NCBI GenBank assembly: GCA_036172245.1 | Contig: JAYWIR010000018.1 | Coordinates: 3,286,001 to 3,350,000, forward strand | DNA from: Raillietiella orientalis | Taxonomy: Eukaryota | Direction of reading: 5' to 3' | DNA: 64,000 nucleotides | Shown here: positions 48,300-60,599 of the stretch, piece by piece | How the letters are laid out: the number at the start of each line of letters is the position of its first letter | Numbering within the stretch: the first letter of the stretch is position 1 | Translations under genes and position numbers: made by a program | Notes under the pieces: generated by a model | The model's input: only the letters and a program-made list of their open reading frames with translations | Told to the model about the DNA's origin: nothing | Database searches by the model: none

Positions 48300-51200
48300 G
48301 AATCAAGATCCGTGGTCGGTAAGAAGACTTTCAGCCAAGAGTGTCCTCCAGCTGGACAAGGAAAGTCCTTATCTCATTCTTCAATGCGTCTATCGAGAAA
48401 AACCTCTCGGTTCGACGGATTCTGTCACCATCCTTCCAGTCATCTCGACCACTTGTTCTTCGAGGAGCACTTGGTCCTTATTTCCTGTCTGTTTCCTGAA
48501 ATTCCACTTCCTTCGAATTGGGATTCTTTTCTGATCTTCTACCAAAGGATGGATTTTGCCTTCAGATTCCTCGATCTTCATAAGCAACGCGTGCCAAGGC
48601 AACGAAGACTGTCTAGAGATGAGATGACTAATGCATGCTGGGAATGCGAAAAGCGAAAGGAACGAAACGGCAACCCAAATCCTTCTATTTTCTCCCTGGT
48701 CTATCAGTTCCTCTACCTTGACGAACACGTGAGTTTGCAAGTGGGAGGGCGAGGCAAATTGAAATCGATCCTACTTCAGGATGGAGTGTGAGCTGCATCC
48801 GTTCGGAAAGGAACCACGGTGAACGTATGGAGGGGACACGGTAAGATCACTCCTCCAATGCGGAGATAGTCTGGAAACTTTGTGTTTTCCTTCGAGACTT
48901 TGTCACCTACGAGCTGCAGCAGCCGGAACCTCAAGAGCTCGGTCCTCTCTCTCCATATCCCTCCTACCTCTTTCTCATCCCTTAGCTTCCGGAAGGGTTT
49001 AGCAGTCGAGATTTCTTGCAAGAACACACCCTTTCCAGGCACTTCCATTTTCTGTGGCAGTTCGAACAGGGTCATTTTCTTTCATTTTCAAATTTGCAAA
49101 GGAATGCAAAAGTGCTTGGGAACGGTACTGAGATCCTTAAGACGAAGTGACCATGAGATGCAGGATGTTTTCTTCACAGATGAAGAGGTCTCCCATAGTT
49201 AAAGGAGGGGAAGAGTGACTTTCACCATCGGCACTTTAGAGTGACCTGTTCTGAAGAACATTGTCTAGGGAACTGAGTCTTTTCAGGTTCCGGATTCGTA
49301 AGCCAGAAGGCTTGGCAGAACTCCGCTTCATTGGAAGATGTATCTTTCACTTGGAGTGAGGAGAGGAGGTGACATATCCCCAAATCAGACTAGGAAAGGG
49401 GAGATTCGTAGTTTTCCCTATTCAAAACCGTGTGCCAGAGAGTGAGGTTCCGTTGACTGCGGTCAACCTTTGACCTCCGTCGCTTGGCACAGAATGTTTT
49501 CATAATTGAGCTTTGCCTGTTTGCTGGGGTTTTGGCGTCGCACCTTTCTAGAGATCTTTTTTGTTGTTGTCTTCTGGGGACTCGACTATCTGGAATTTGC
49601 TCGATCTTTGGGGGATGACCTAGCTGATGCATCCAGCTGGTGCCTGTGCTGTGTCGGATGTTAAAAAGCACCATCATACTCGAGCATGATCATCTGGTTC
49701 GTGTGTGGTCTAGGAATTTTCAGCTCTTGTAGAGAGCCGCCGTTCTCCTCTGGCCTATGCAGCAACATCCAGTGCTCCTGGCAAGGAGCCTGCTTTTCTG
49801 AATGAGTCTTCTGACAATTCGATCTTCGGAATCAGTTATTTCTTCCTTTTGTTTGAACAGTGCCTTGGTGCTCAACTGACAGCATGCAGCTTTGCTCGTC
49901 GTGGACTGGGGTTTACTGAACAAGAGTGCGGACAGTGCTGGACTCAGGGAAGCGTCTTCTCGAACTGAGCAATATGCAGGGAACTGGAGGCGCTCCGGAA
50001 CCTGTTCTGAACTGAGATGCTCTCCGGAGCAGTTGGAAACGCCTCTCGACTGCATTGCTTTTCTTTGAAAACACCCCGAGGGATCTGTTCCTGCTCTTCA
50101 AGCATGAAGAGCTCTTGCCTGTGTTCTGATCTCAATCTTTTATTGCATCCAGAAGGATCTTGGTTTTCTGCTGCGTTCAGGATATGCTTCAGAAAGACGG
50201 AAAGCCATACGCCTCGGCTCCTCGGTGATCAAGCACATGACGAAGTGGCCCCACCTAAAACAAAGAATGAGGGAGAACGCTGCCAGCAGCGAACGCAGGT
50301 TGTAGAAGATGTGACGGGTGTACTTGGTGACTCCTTTCTTTTCCTTTCTTAGTTATTTATTTCATTTATTATATTTTCCCTTTAACCTTCCGGACGAGAT
50401 GAGTGGGTGCTTCATCTCTTCCCAAACTATAACTGTCCCTTAGAATTGATCTTATATTTCGCATGTTTATTTTTCTTGGAAAACACAAGCTCTCGTGTGA
50501 CCTCGTAACAGCTAGACAGAATTCCCATTTTCTATGAGTTTCCTTTTTGATACATTCCGCCAAGGTGTCATGTCTCCTGCCATAGAGACGAAAGTGCCGC
50601 ACACAATGCTTTCGGATGTATGGCAGTCCGCTCAGGGTGACAGTGGCAAACACGAAACAGTCAACAAGAGGAAATCAAATCGGTGTCTAATGAGATGAGG
50701 ATTCCATGACACGCAAAGCCTATGTGTTCTACGCGTTTGCAAAACTCTCAGATGGAGGAAAAGTTTTTATACGGAAGTTCTGAAATGTTTTTCCCATACC
50801 TAAGATCTTTCAACCTCATTCAAAGAGAAAGATGTAAAGATTAGACTGCATTTGCATCCTTCGCCAGCAAATGCAACACGAGTGTCAAGTCCGAAGAGCC
50901 CTAGAAACACCATCGTTATTGCTCTTGTTGCTGTTTCATCACATAAAAGCAATGTTTGAAGTTTAAAAGTCTGTTTGTTGCCTTTTCCATCCAAACCCGA
51001 GCAGTTCCGGAAAGGTTACGTGGGAAAAAAAACGGCAACGCTTTGGAAGTGTTTTTCCTGAGAGGAGAATTAAAGAGAAGACAAGGAGTTGGAAGAGTTT
51101 GTTGGCATTAGTTGTCTATCGAGAGAACGTAAGCATTGCATAGGAAGAAAATGGCGGGATCTTTGCATTTTTAATTACCTTCCTCCTTTTGCTCTTCGAG

Positions 51201-51810
51201 GAGTTGTGGCGTCATTTCCAAAAACTCTTCGTTCACATTCGCAGCAGTTGGAGCCAGTTTTGCTGGGGCGTCGATCTTCTGGAGAGGTTCCCCCTTTCAG
51301 CTCGTGTATCCAATACATATCGCGGCAAGATTCGCTGTTAGGGGAAACCTCGAGGTGGCCCGTTTTGTCGCCATCCAGTCCACCAGCTACCCAGCTCTCT
51401 CATCACCTCTTCATTTGGGCAACCCCACGAATCGAGAGAATCAACTAGTAGTCACCTGAAAATCCTCCGTCGACAGAGAAGCATTTCGTATTTGGTGAGC
51501 TCGCTTTCCCAAGCACTTCGTGGGTGCTCTCGAAAGAGCAGGCAGCGTTCAAAATGACCATTCTTCTCTTGAACGGAACCAAGTCCGGACGGAGGCGCGA
51601 GGAGGTCCCTCCAGTGATGAACCGATGACAGGAAACCATTTTGCATCTCGCTTCCATCGCCATCCTCAACCGGTGATGCAATGCGTCTGGCCACGAGCAG
51701 CGATTGAGCTCAGGAGGCACCCTCTTCACCCAAACTTTGCATCTTTTGCAGCTATAATTCCGTTTGCGGTGTGCAGTTCCCCATGAACGGGAGGACATTG
51801 AGCCAAGCAG
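48300..51810 (-). mobile_element. Fragments of RLE-type (R2/NeSL/Utopia-like) non-LTR retrotransposons
   Basis: LRPDLV...ILNAACSFE (PD-D/ExK nuclease), LPYIRKHCVRHFRLYGRRHDTLA (CCHC plus RHD) and RT-region remnants. Region 49548-49725 is homologous to 45560-45720. Confidence 0.6.
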
Positions 51811-52629
51811 CATGGATAGATGTGTAATCTAGAAATCGGATTCTGAGAAATCCTACCATGAAAGATTAGATTGTTCGACAGTGGAAAGAAGAAAATGAAA
51901 TGCCTGAAACAGGAAGATCAGGATCCTCGAAGAAAAGGAACAAATGTTGCACACGAGATTCATCCTTAGGGTTCAAACACATATAAGAGTGGAAAGTCTT
52001 TGATGCTGAATTATTTTTTCAAGAAGTTTCCTTTAAGCAGTATATTGCAGGGAAAGGACAAGAATGTGTCAGTTGGGTCCTTCTGCATCCCAAAAATGGA
52101 TTGCCCAGGTGTATGAGAGAAGTCCTTCCTTAGCTTCAGATCATCTCACCCACCTGCAAACGATACGTCAGCTTCCACGAACTTACTGTGGGCAAATCCC
52201 TTCTAGGAATCGATAAAGAACGATTGCCTGTGCCATGTCCACTTCCTATCATCCATTTCATTGGAGAGTGAAAATGCAAAAGGAAGGGGACAAAATCTTC
52301 CCTACAGCTCAGACAGTCAAACGGAGCTCTTTCACATCAAGAACGTTCCATGTTACCCCGGTTTGATGCTCAGGGTTCGACTCCCATGCAACTGCTACTA
52401 TTGCTGCATGGAGAAGTCCTTGTCAAAATTTTCCTCCTGAGGAGGGCAATGGAAAAGCCCTCTCGATGATTTGGAAGCTAATTGATTGGACAGCAGGTGT
52501 TTCAGAATTTGAAATCGAAGATCGTTGCCAATCGGAAGCAATTCCCCTTAAAAGTCAAAATTTTCCCCCTACCCGGAGGCAGCATACTTGTATATTCGTT
52601 CTTAGGCGAACTGAAGAGAGGGAGGACTC

Positions 52630-55600
52630 ACTGTTGCACTACTAAGGAAAGGAATCTTCGTTTCTCTCCAAGTGTAAGAAGGTTTTTCGTGGAAGTCTGG
52701 ACTAAAATGTTAAATCCGCACCAAGTAAACCAATCCTCTCTTACTCTGTAATCTTCAGTGCGGTCGCTCCAGAGACAAGAAACAGTTATTTCCTGAAATG
52801 AAGTACCTGCAGGTTTCCCGGAGTTCCCTTCAGCATCAGAAACTTTACTATGCCTCCTCTGGGAGACCTTCAAGGAGTGCGCGCTTTGTTGAGTTGTGGA
52901 AATACTCCCACACGTGCTTTCGATATAGACAGGATGACCTAACCTGCACATCAGACGCTCTTCGATTCCCCTAAGGAGTTCTAAGCGTCTGCCTCCTATT
53001 TGAAGCTCCTCCTCCACATGCGAGCAGCGGCGATTGCCAAAATGGAGAAAAGGGATCATCGTCATCGAACCATGTGCTATCACCGTCTTCCTCATGCGGA
53101 GTGAGATAGAACTTGAATGAGGGATGCTAGGGAGGATTGAGAGCAGAGTAAGCCCAATAGCGCCCCGTTTTCCCGCTCTTCTGCCCACGTCTGACGCATA
53201 CCCGCGGAAATAGTGATTATCATCGTGAGGCCGGCCCATCTAACGCCCTTCTTTATTCATCGACCTTCCCTCCTCATCCTTTCCTCCTTCTCTAGTAGTG
53301 CATGCAGTGAGGTTTAGATCCTTTTGTTTCGGACCAGAATATGTCAGACTGTCTTTTCGTGTTCTTTCTTGATGAGGAGGATGAGAGGGAGGGTGAGCAG
53401 CTTCTCCACCGCTTCCGCTGTACGTGTTCCTGCTCATGTTGCGTCCTTCCATGTCTTCGGCCAGAGGTTCTGGTCGCCCTCAGACTGGGACTCGTCATCG
53501 AAGCTCGATGCCGTGTCTTCTACGTTGTACGAGCCAATTTCCAAGTACAAGGAACGAAAGGAACGCGAGCACGAGATCGCTGTGGGGCTCTGAACCTGGC
53601 TTCTTAGGTTCCATATGGACTGCTGGGCCGTCTTTTTGGCAGCTATTGTTGTTTCCTGTTATTTATTCACTTCAAATGAACGATCTGAACTTTAAACGAA
53701 CCACACCCGGGGGAAGAAGATGTCTCTTCGGAGTTCTTTCCACAGTTGCAGGTCATCTCTGAGACGAGACGCCAAAGGTGCCCGTGGATCTCGAGGAAGG
53801 AGACGATGGCACTAGATGGATCAGAAAAAAAGATCGTTAGAAATCGAAAAAAAGAAAAAAATTCATCTTTTTTCCAGCTGAGCCTCTTGAGCTTCCCGGA
53901 CGCATGGAGGCAGAACAAGAACACCCATCCCCCTCCGAGAGAAAAGTCGCCATCACTGGCTGGCATGCGCACGATGTCCCGGAGAGCCGTGAATTCAACG
54001 ACGAACGAAGATGAAGTGCAGCGCCAGATGTTCGGGGAGAACTTTCGGAACTCCCGTGCATGCTGACCACACCTGCAAGCCTCTTCCTAGATGAAGCTTA
54101 CATTCCTACAGGAGCGTGACCATGGACCTCCTACGCTTCCGGATCCACACGTGCGAATTGATTGGGCGATCTGCCGAGCCGCGGAAGAACACGTGTAGTA
54201 GGCTCACGATCAGTCGAGGCCAAAAGTCTTTTTGTTCCCTTTCTTTCCATCCGCCGGCACGCAAGGTGCCTCTGCTCGCGTTCCTATCCCACAGAGGAGT
54301 TCTGGTCCCTATGATTTTCCCGCAGGACATGAGTCCGCTCAGTCGGAGCATCCCTGGATGAGACCTCCGGGAAACACATGCTTGAGCAACCGAGAAAAGA
54401 TCCGTTACCTTTCCGACTTGCAGCAACCACAAGCACGTAAACTCCTCAGCATGCTTGCAGCTCCTCAGTGCCGACGGTTCCCTCCTCCTGTGTGTAAGAG
54501 GGCGTGCTTCTTTCTCGGCCCTGAGTCTTCGTGACAACTAGGAGACTTCCAATTGTTCCTCTGTGGTTTCCGGAAACCGTTCGGACCGAAGACTGAGGGC
54601 TTCCCAAACCCTTCTTGCTCTGCCTCAGCTTTCCTCCTCCAAGTTTTCTCCCCTCACGCACAACCCACCCGCGTCCAAATCCACTGAGACACCTCGCAGC
54701 GAACTCGTCTGTTGGCGTCGAATGCCCGCGACATTGCCATGTCGGGAGCGCGTGCAAGGTCACCACCCAAGTTCTCGCATGACCTCTCGCGCTTTCGGAC
54801 GTGCTCTTGCACTGAGCTCCGTGGCGCCCACGAGGACGCTCTCTCCGATTCGCGCCTGCACCGTTCACGCGCATGCGTTCACCCTTGCTCGGGAGAACGG
54901 GCTGGCTGGTAATGAACTCCTCTCCCGTTTCACACCGTGTGGAGGCGACATCGCCATCCGCTATTCTAGGCGCAGAAGGGTGGTGACCCGTCCTCTTCTG
55001 CTCCACTCAAAATGGAAGCGCCACCGGGCGTGGCTTCCGCGGCTGACGGTTCGGGAGAACGCTCGTGGGTGCAGAAGCCCTTCGAGAGGTCGGCCACGAC
55101 GAAAAAAGGCGCTGTCGTCTCCACGATCACCTCCGCAAATCAGGGCCAACTCGCGGCTGGCTTCGCGCCTTACCCGGTGGCTGAAGGAGGACTGTCCACG
55201 ACCGCGCACAAAGGGGCTACGAGGAAGCTCTACCTTCTTGCTCTCCCGCTGTGGGAGATGAGCAGGTTCTGCAGAAGGCTGAGTTTACGAGGGTGTGCTG
55301 CTGAGGATTTGTGGAGAAGGCGGCGAATTCGGCTCTCATGCTTTCCCGCAGGCGAACCAGCCGTGCCGACGGGTTCTCGGCGGCTCAGAGAAGTGAGAAG
55401 CATGCGTTTCCCAAGTGGTGAGCCACTTGCGGCAGGTCTTGTTTCTCAGCAACGGAGACATTCGAAAGGAAGGAACTCGCGTTGAGCTCGCGACATCCCA
55501 TCCCCCTTGCAAGGCGTCATAAGCATCCAGGAGCTTTTTTACGCCCTGAGGAGCAGCTCGGAAGCACAGCAGCGACACTTATTTGCTCACTTCTTCTCGC

Positions 55601-57000
55601 GGTACCGATGAAGGGAGTGCTCGTGGTGAACCACAGATCCGTGGCTTCTCACGGAGTCGATCATACCGCTGCTTCCCCGTATAAGCTCGCCCTCTGGGGC
55701 GCTCCCAAGCGGAGGTGCGTCCTGCTTGAAAATTGCATGAAAATTAGAGAGACCAAAAGTTCTCATTCTGCTTTCCGGCATTCCGAAGGCGCGTCTACTC
55801 CCTTCTAGAGGCTTAGCCTTCCCCTTGGATAGTTGCAAAAAGCGACGTTTAGATCAGCCGGCTGCCATTTAAGCGGTCGCTCACAGAGTGGCGAGACTTG
55901 CCCAGGAGCACAAGCCGCTCTCGACAGAGACCAGGTTGGAGCCCCGGAGGAATTAGTATTCATCACATCGTGTACCTTGCTGGACCGTTGACCTTGGTCT
56001 CCAAGGTGATTCGAGTCCGAGGAAAGCGAGGGGCGTGTCGATTTCACCTCAGACTGTTGGGGCGTGTTGCAGAATGAGCGGTCTGCCCCTTCTCTTCCTT
56101 CCTCTCTGCCAGCTTCTACTCTCTCCTCCCGGAAAAGAGCTCTCGAACTTCAAGGACGCCTCGCAAAACCGATGGAGAGAACTTCTGTCGGAAGAGACTT
56201 CCTCTATCCTCTTCGGCTATGGTGGCAGCAGCAGAATAAGCTGGTGGCCTCTGGCGACCGCAGCGCTCTCTCCTCGTTCTCCTAGTGAGGGTGACCGGGA
56301 GTGTCTCGGTGGCGCCGCTTTGCCACAGAGCATGGATCGAAAAGATAGAGGGGAACCTCTCTGGTGGCTCCTCCCCCTCCGCTGCCCTTCCTGAGCCATT
56401 TCCGGTGCGGGTAGCAAAGGGAGACCTGCGCCGCTGCTTCCGCCCCCTCTGTTCCTCGAAAGCTGCCCCTGAGAGCGCTTCTCAAGGAACGAAGCGTCTT
56501 CTCAGTCGGACCGTGAGGCCTACCAGGAGGACGCTGGCAGGTTACTTGCGGTGGCGGCAGTCGGCGGAGGAACAGGGAAACGGATGGGACGCTGTCGTCA
56601 GGTCGATCCAGGGACTATAGCCGCTTATACATGGACCCGGTCCTTTTGCTTTCCTTCCCTCTTTGCTGCCTTTTCGTCGCTTATAATCCTTCCCTTCCCC
56701 TTCATCACCTTCATGTTCGCCAGCAAGGATCGGGGAGAGGAAAAGTAAGGGTGAGGGGTAATAGCATAAGAGACTTCCATCTTCCCTCGCTCCGAAACAG
56801 ACATCAGAAGTCCAGGGAAGAAAGGAGGAAAGGTAGGAACGGCGACCGAATGAATCAGGGCACCCGATGCCACAGGACGGACACGTTTTGTCCTATGGGA
56901 AAGCCAGAGGTTCATTAGCGAATGGCTGCTCACTTTCCGAGATACCCCTGTTTTTCCAACATCTCCCTCATTCTCAGAGAAGTTTCATTCCTTCCAGAAG
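52630..57000. mobile_element. Mixed-orientation L1/Tx1-like ORF2 relics
   Basis: Knuckle-like STCGS..QSAHSL (minus, ~52900) and FLLSRCG...RICGEGGEFGSHAF (plus, ~55230-55350). Region 56070-56250 is an inverted homologue of 42095-42290. Confidence 0.4.
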
Positions 57001-58654
57001 GCCAATGGGATATTCCAACCAACATTTTTGGTCTCCAGAAGTACGAGGGAAGGGACGGACGGTTCCTCCGGAAGGTCTGCTACTGGAGAGCGTTCTAACT
57101 CAAGCCACGAAGGGGAAGTTGTACGCTGAGCAGCGTCCCGGATTAAAGAAGAGAGGTAAAGTGAAGGGAAGAGTGAGGGTGCTAGTGAATAGGGATGGGG
57201 GCCGAAAGAAGTAAAGAAAGGAGGAAGGGATTCCAGCGGAAGGAGAGGTAGAGGTAGAAGGGAAGATGGACCGGGAAGAGTCAGACGCTCCTGTCGTACT
57301 GGCTGGCTCTTCCTTTGTCACACCTTCGAATGTGAGGACTCGAGAATCAAGGGAAGGAAAGTGAGTAGGGAAGAGACAAGAAGGAGCGGGGGGAAGGGAA
57401 AAGGAGCAGAAATCGAAAGCGAGTGGCCCTGTCTGCATTTGTATTCCACGGTGCCCCACCCCAGCTCCCTTCCTTTCTCTAGGAGCAGGTAGGACAACTA
57501 GAGGGGGGATTAAGGTTCTGGGACTACTGCTCCGCCTTTCTTGCGATGGTTTCGGAGACCTTCACCCGCCCATGGCAGCAACCTCCTCAGGAATCTGCCT
57601 TCCCGCCCGTCGCGGCGCCATCGCAGCTTGCCACGCCTCCTCCTCCTTCGCCGCATCCCTTTCTTCTCCTTTAATGCTGCACGTGTCTTGCCCTCCTTAC
57701 AGTCCTTCCGTTTCCCTTTCTCCGTCACGAAGGAAGGCGCTGATTGCAAAGGAAGGGCGGAAAAAAAGGTTTCTTGCGCTCCTCTTTTTCATCGTCAGGC
57801 ACTGTACGCTGCCGCTTGCCATGAACTCACGAAGGGACATCAAAGGACGTATGGCAAGAGGGTCCCATCACCGGGCACCTATCTCCCGCTCCTGCAATCT
57901 GAGATCCAGTTGCCTCTCCCAAAGACTCAGGAGACACTTTCGTCGAAAGGGATAGAGCAGATGCCTCGAGGAGATTGCTGCGCGGATCTGTGGGAACGGC
58001 AGACTTCTTCAAAGAAAGAGGTCGCGGAGCCACTAGGGGAGAACCAGATGCCTTCCTGGTTCGAAGTGGGGGGGGGACCGCAGAGAGAGAGAAAATGGGC
58101 AAACGGATGGCCGAGAAAAAAAAGTGGAGGGAGGCAGGACCGAAGGGTCAGCGGACTGTACTCACTTCGTTCCTGAGGGAGGGGCTACTGGAAAGCCGCC
58201 GTCCGAGGATGGATGGCGTCAGCATCAGCAGCGTTTCGGCACATTCGTTCTCGTTCCTCCTTCTTCTCTTCCTCGTTTCCATTGGGAGACATCTCCTATC
58301 TACGAGGAGGATGGATCAGGGCAATTCTTCCGGTCGGGAGAGGGGAGGAAAGGGAAGCAACCAAGCCATCACCAGCACCAGCACCTTTTGCAGCAGCATC
58401 ACCACCACGTGGTGCCGCTATGCGCTCTCCTATTCGACTCCACGCATCGCAGATTCCTCTCTCTGATCCCCCTCCTCAACTCTCTCGTATTCCCACGTAC
58501 CAGAATAGAAAGGAGGGGATGGAAGCGTAAGCGAGCGGACAATAGTCCTTTGGTTTCCTTCTAGTGGTGGTGGGAGGTGGCAGCACCGTGGTGTTTTGTA
58601 GGGAGGTCGAATGTTTCCGAAGGGAGCAAGACGGAAGGGTCCGTCGTGTGCCTC

Positions 58655-59950
58655 TCACAGGTCGGTTTCCAGGAACCGCAAACACCTCTGCGAGTCGGCG
58701 TCGGGGATTGCCGCCGCCGCCTCCAGCAGCTCTAGCTGCGGCTGCGCAGTCGGCGACGCCTGCGGGATCTTTCGGGAGGAGCCAGCGGTCTGCGTCCTGC
58801 TCGCGACCGACCTCGTGTAGGCCGTCCCCGTCCTCTGGCTCCTGGTGGTCTTCCCATCGTCCGTGGAGGTCTTCACCCATCTGGAGAACAGGTGCTGAAG
58901 GCGCAGCATCTTCTTGAATTCCTTCCGAAAGTTGTCGTTGAGCCAGCCGTATAGGACCGGGTTGAGACATGCAGAGGACATGCCCAGTAGGTGGCACAAT
59001 GCAAAGATGAGGTTTCTCTTTTCCACATGCCTGTTGAAGTAGGGGGCGTAACAGCAGTCCAGGAGGAGATTGAACAGGTTGAGGGGCATCCAACACACTC
59101 CGAAGATGACGGAGATGAGGATCAGCAGCACATTGATCCGCCTGACCCTCTCGTCCTCCTTTCTCTTCCGCCTCAGGGAATTGGTTCTCACGTGGTTCGA
59201 CAGTCTCTTCTGCAGTTTACAGCAAATCCTGACGTAACTGATGCTTACAATGAGCACGGGGATCACATACTGGAAGATCATCGAGAACAGGGAGTAGTAC
59301 GCTCTCCCACCGGGAATGGACCACTTCTCCACGCAAAAGATCAGCTGCAGATGCCCGTGGCCCCTGATGTGGACTGTCTCCTGGACTGTAACCCTGTTCA
59401 GCCCCAGGGGCAGGGAGAGAAGGATGGCGATAATCCAAGTGGCAGTTATAGTAGTCCACGACCCCGAAGAGTGGATGGACATCTTGGCGTTCGCCACAAT
59501 GGCGTGGTATCGGTCCACAGCAATGGCAGTGATATTCATGGTGGAGAGGAAGATACTCATGGCCTCCATGGATCCGATAAATTTGCACATGAAATCTCCA
59601 AAGTTCCAGAACTTCCTGACGATCTCGATGAAGGTGAATGGCATGGTGAAGGTGCACAGGAGAATGTCCGAGATGGCGAGGTTCAGGATGAAGTAGTTGC
59701 GGGCCGTGCGCATCCCAGGATTCTGAATGAGGGCACCAATCACCATCAAGTTTCCCATTGTCCCGAAGAGAATAAGCAACGTGTACAGGGTCACCAGGAC
59801 GGAGAAGGCCTCGTCGGACACGCGTTGGTCGCTGATTGCTTTGGCCAGCATGGACGACTCGTGGCCGTCTACAGCAGCGGCGCCGCCCAGGCGCCCAGGC
59901 GATGAGGACGATGGAGAGATGGCGCTGCTGCGGTTCGCGCCGAACTCCAT
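58655..59950 (-). CDS. NPFR: Neuropeptide F (NPY-family) receptor, class A GPCR, coding region uninterrupted, 431 aa from first in-frame ATG
   Basis: Seven hydrophobic segments. Motifs GN (TM1), MRTARNYFILNLAISDILLCTFTMPFT (TM2, closely matches insect NPFR), DRY, CWMPLN (TM6) and CHLLGMSSACLNPVLYGWLNDNFRKEF (TM7/helix 8). The ORF-track start at 60046 is GTG. The first ATG is at 59950 in gccATGg context, followed by an NRS sequon. An in-frame TAG lies at 60055-60053. Confidence 0.93.
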   Translation of the reverse strand: MEFGANRSSAISPSSSSPGRLGGAAAVDGHESSMLAKAISDQRVSDEAFSVLVTLYTLLILFGTMGNLMVIGALIQNPGMRTARNYFILNLAISDILLCTFTMPFTFIEIVRKFWNFGDFMCKFIGSMEAMSIFLSTMNITAIAVDRYHAIVANAKMSIHSSGSWTTITATWIIAILLSLPLGLNRVTVQETVHIRGHGHLQLIFCVEKWSIPGGRAYYSLFSMIFQYVIPVLIVSISYVRICCKLQKRLSNHVRTNSLRRKRKEDERVRRINVLLILISVIFGVCWMPLNLFNLLLDCCYAPYFNRHVEKRNLIFALCHLLGMSSACLNPVLYGWLNDNFRKEFKKMLRLQHLFSRWVKTSTDDGKTTRSQRTGTAYTRSVASRTQTAGSSRKIPQASPTAQPQLELLEAAAAIPDADSQRCLRFLETDL

Positions 59951-60018
59951 GGCGACCAAACGCTGCTGCTGTGGGTGCTCCGTGGCGCCGGCACCGGAGG
60001 CAGCAGCGGCGCCTCCGT

Positions 60019-60048
60019 TCACGACGATGCCCGCGTTTGCTCGCACAT
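60019..60048 (-). promoter_or_regulatory. Short upstream ORF (MCEQTRASS*) in the putative NPFR 5' leader, just after a candidate splice acceptor
   Basis: ATG TGC GAG CAA ACG CGG GCA TCG TCG TGA on the minus strand, preceded by cttgtcccgatcccgccctag (pyrimidine-rich, ending in AG). Confidence 0.35.
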
Positions 60049-60599
60049 GCCGCTAGGGCGGGATCGGGACAAGTAGTGCGGCTCCAAGCGAGGGAGCGAC
60101 CGCGCTTCCCAGTCCGCGCCTCCCCAGTTGGCATGCGCACGTGGGGGACGTTCTCTCTCATATTTCGCTCGTCCAGGGAAGTCTCGCTACCACTGTCCCT
60201 GCTTCTGGGAACCTCTCGACGGCGAGTCGGCAGAAAGAGACCGGAGTGCGTCTGTGCTGAGCGCCTCGTCCCTTTCTCAGGCTTCAAGCAGGCGCACGAA
60301 CTGGAGGAACTGCTTTCCCTTCGAAAATGTCTTTTTCTCTCTTCTTCTCTGAGCTTTCTATGACTGCCTTCTGCTTCGAGTTCTTCTCACTTGGCTTTCA
60401 AAAGATGCGACCTAAGAAATAAGACATAGGAGAAGAAGGAAAAGCAGAGCAATAAAAGAGCAGCTCGTTTCTTGGTGAGAAATCCTGTGCAACATCTCCA
60501 AGGAGACAGTCCGAGGTAAAAACCTTTTCTCACCTTGATAACTCGTTCCTTTCTTTTTTTTTTTTCTTTTTCTCTTCATCTACTTGGCTTCTCGGAATC

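Noticed and set aside
58991..60287. Long overlapping ORFs 58991-59905 (+, 304 aa) and 59217-60287 (-, 356 aa)
   Set aside because: Shadow ORFs caused by the GC3 bias of the NPFR CDS, with no recognisable domains.
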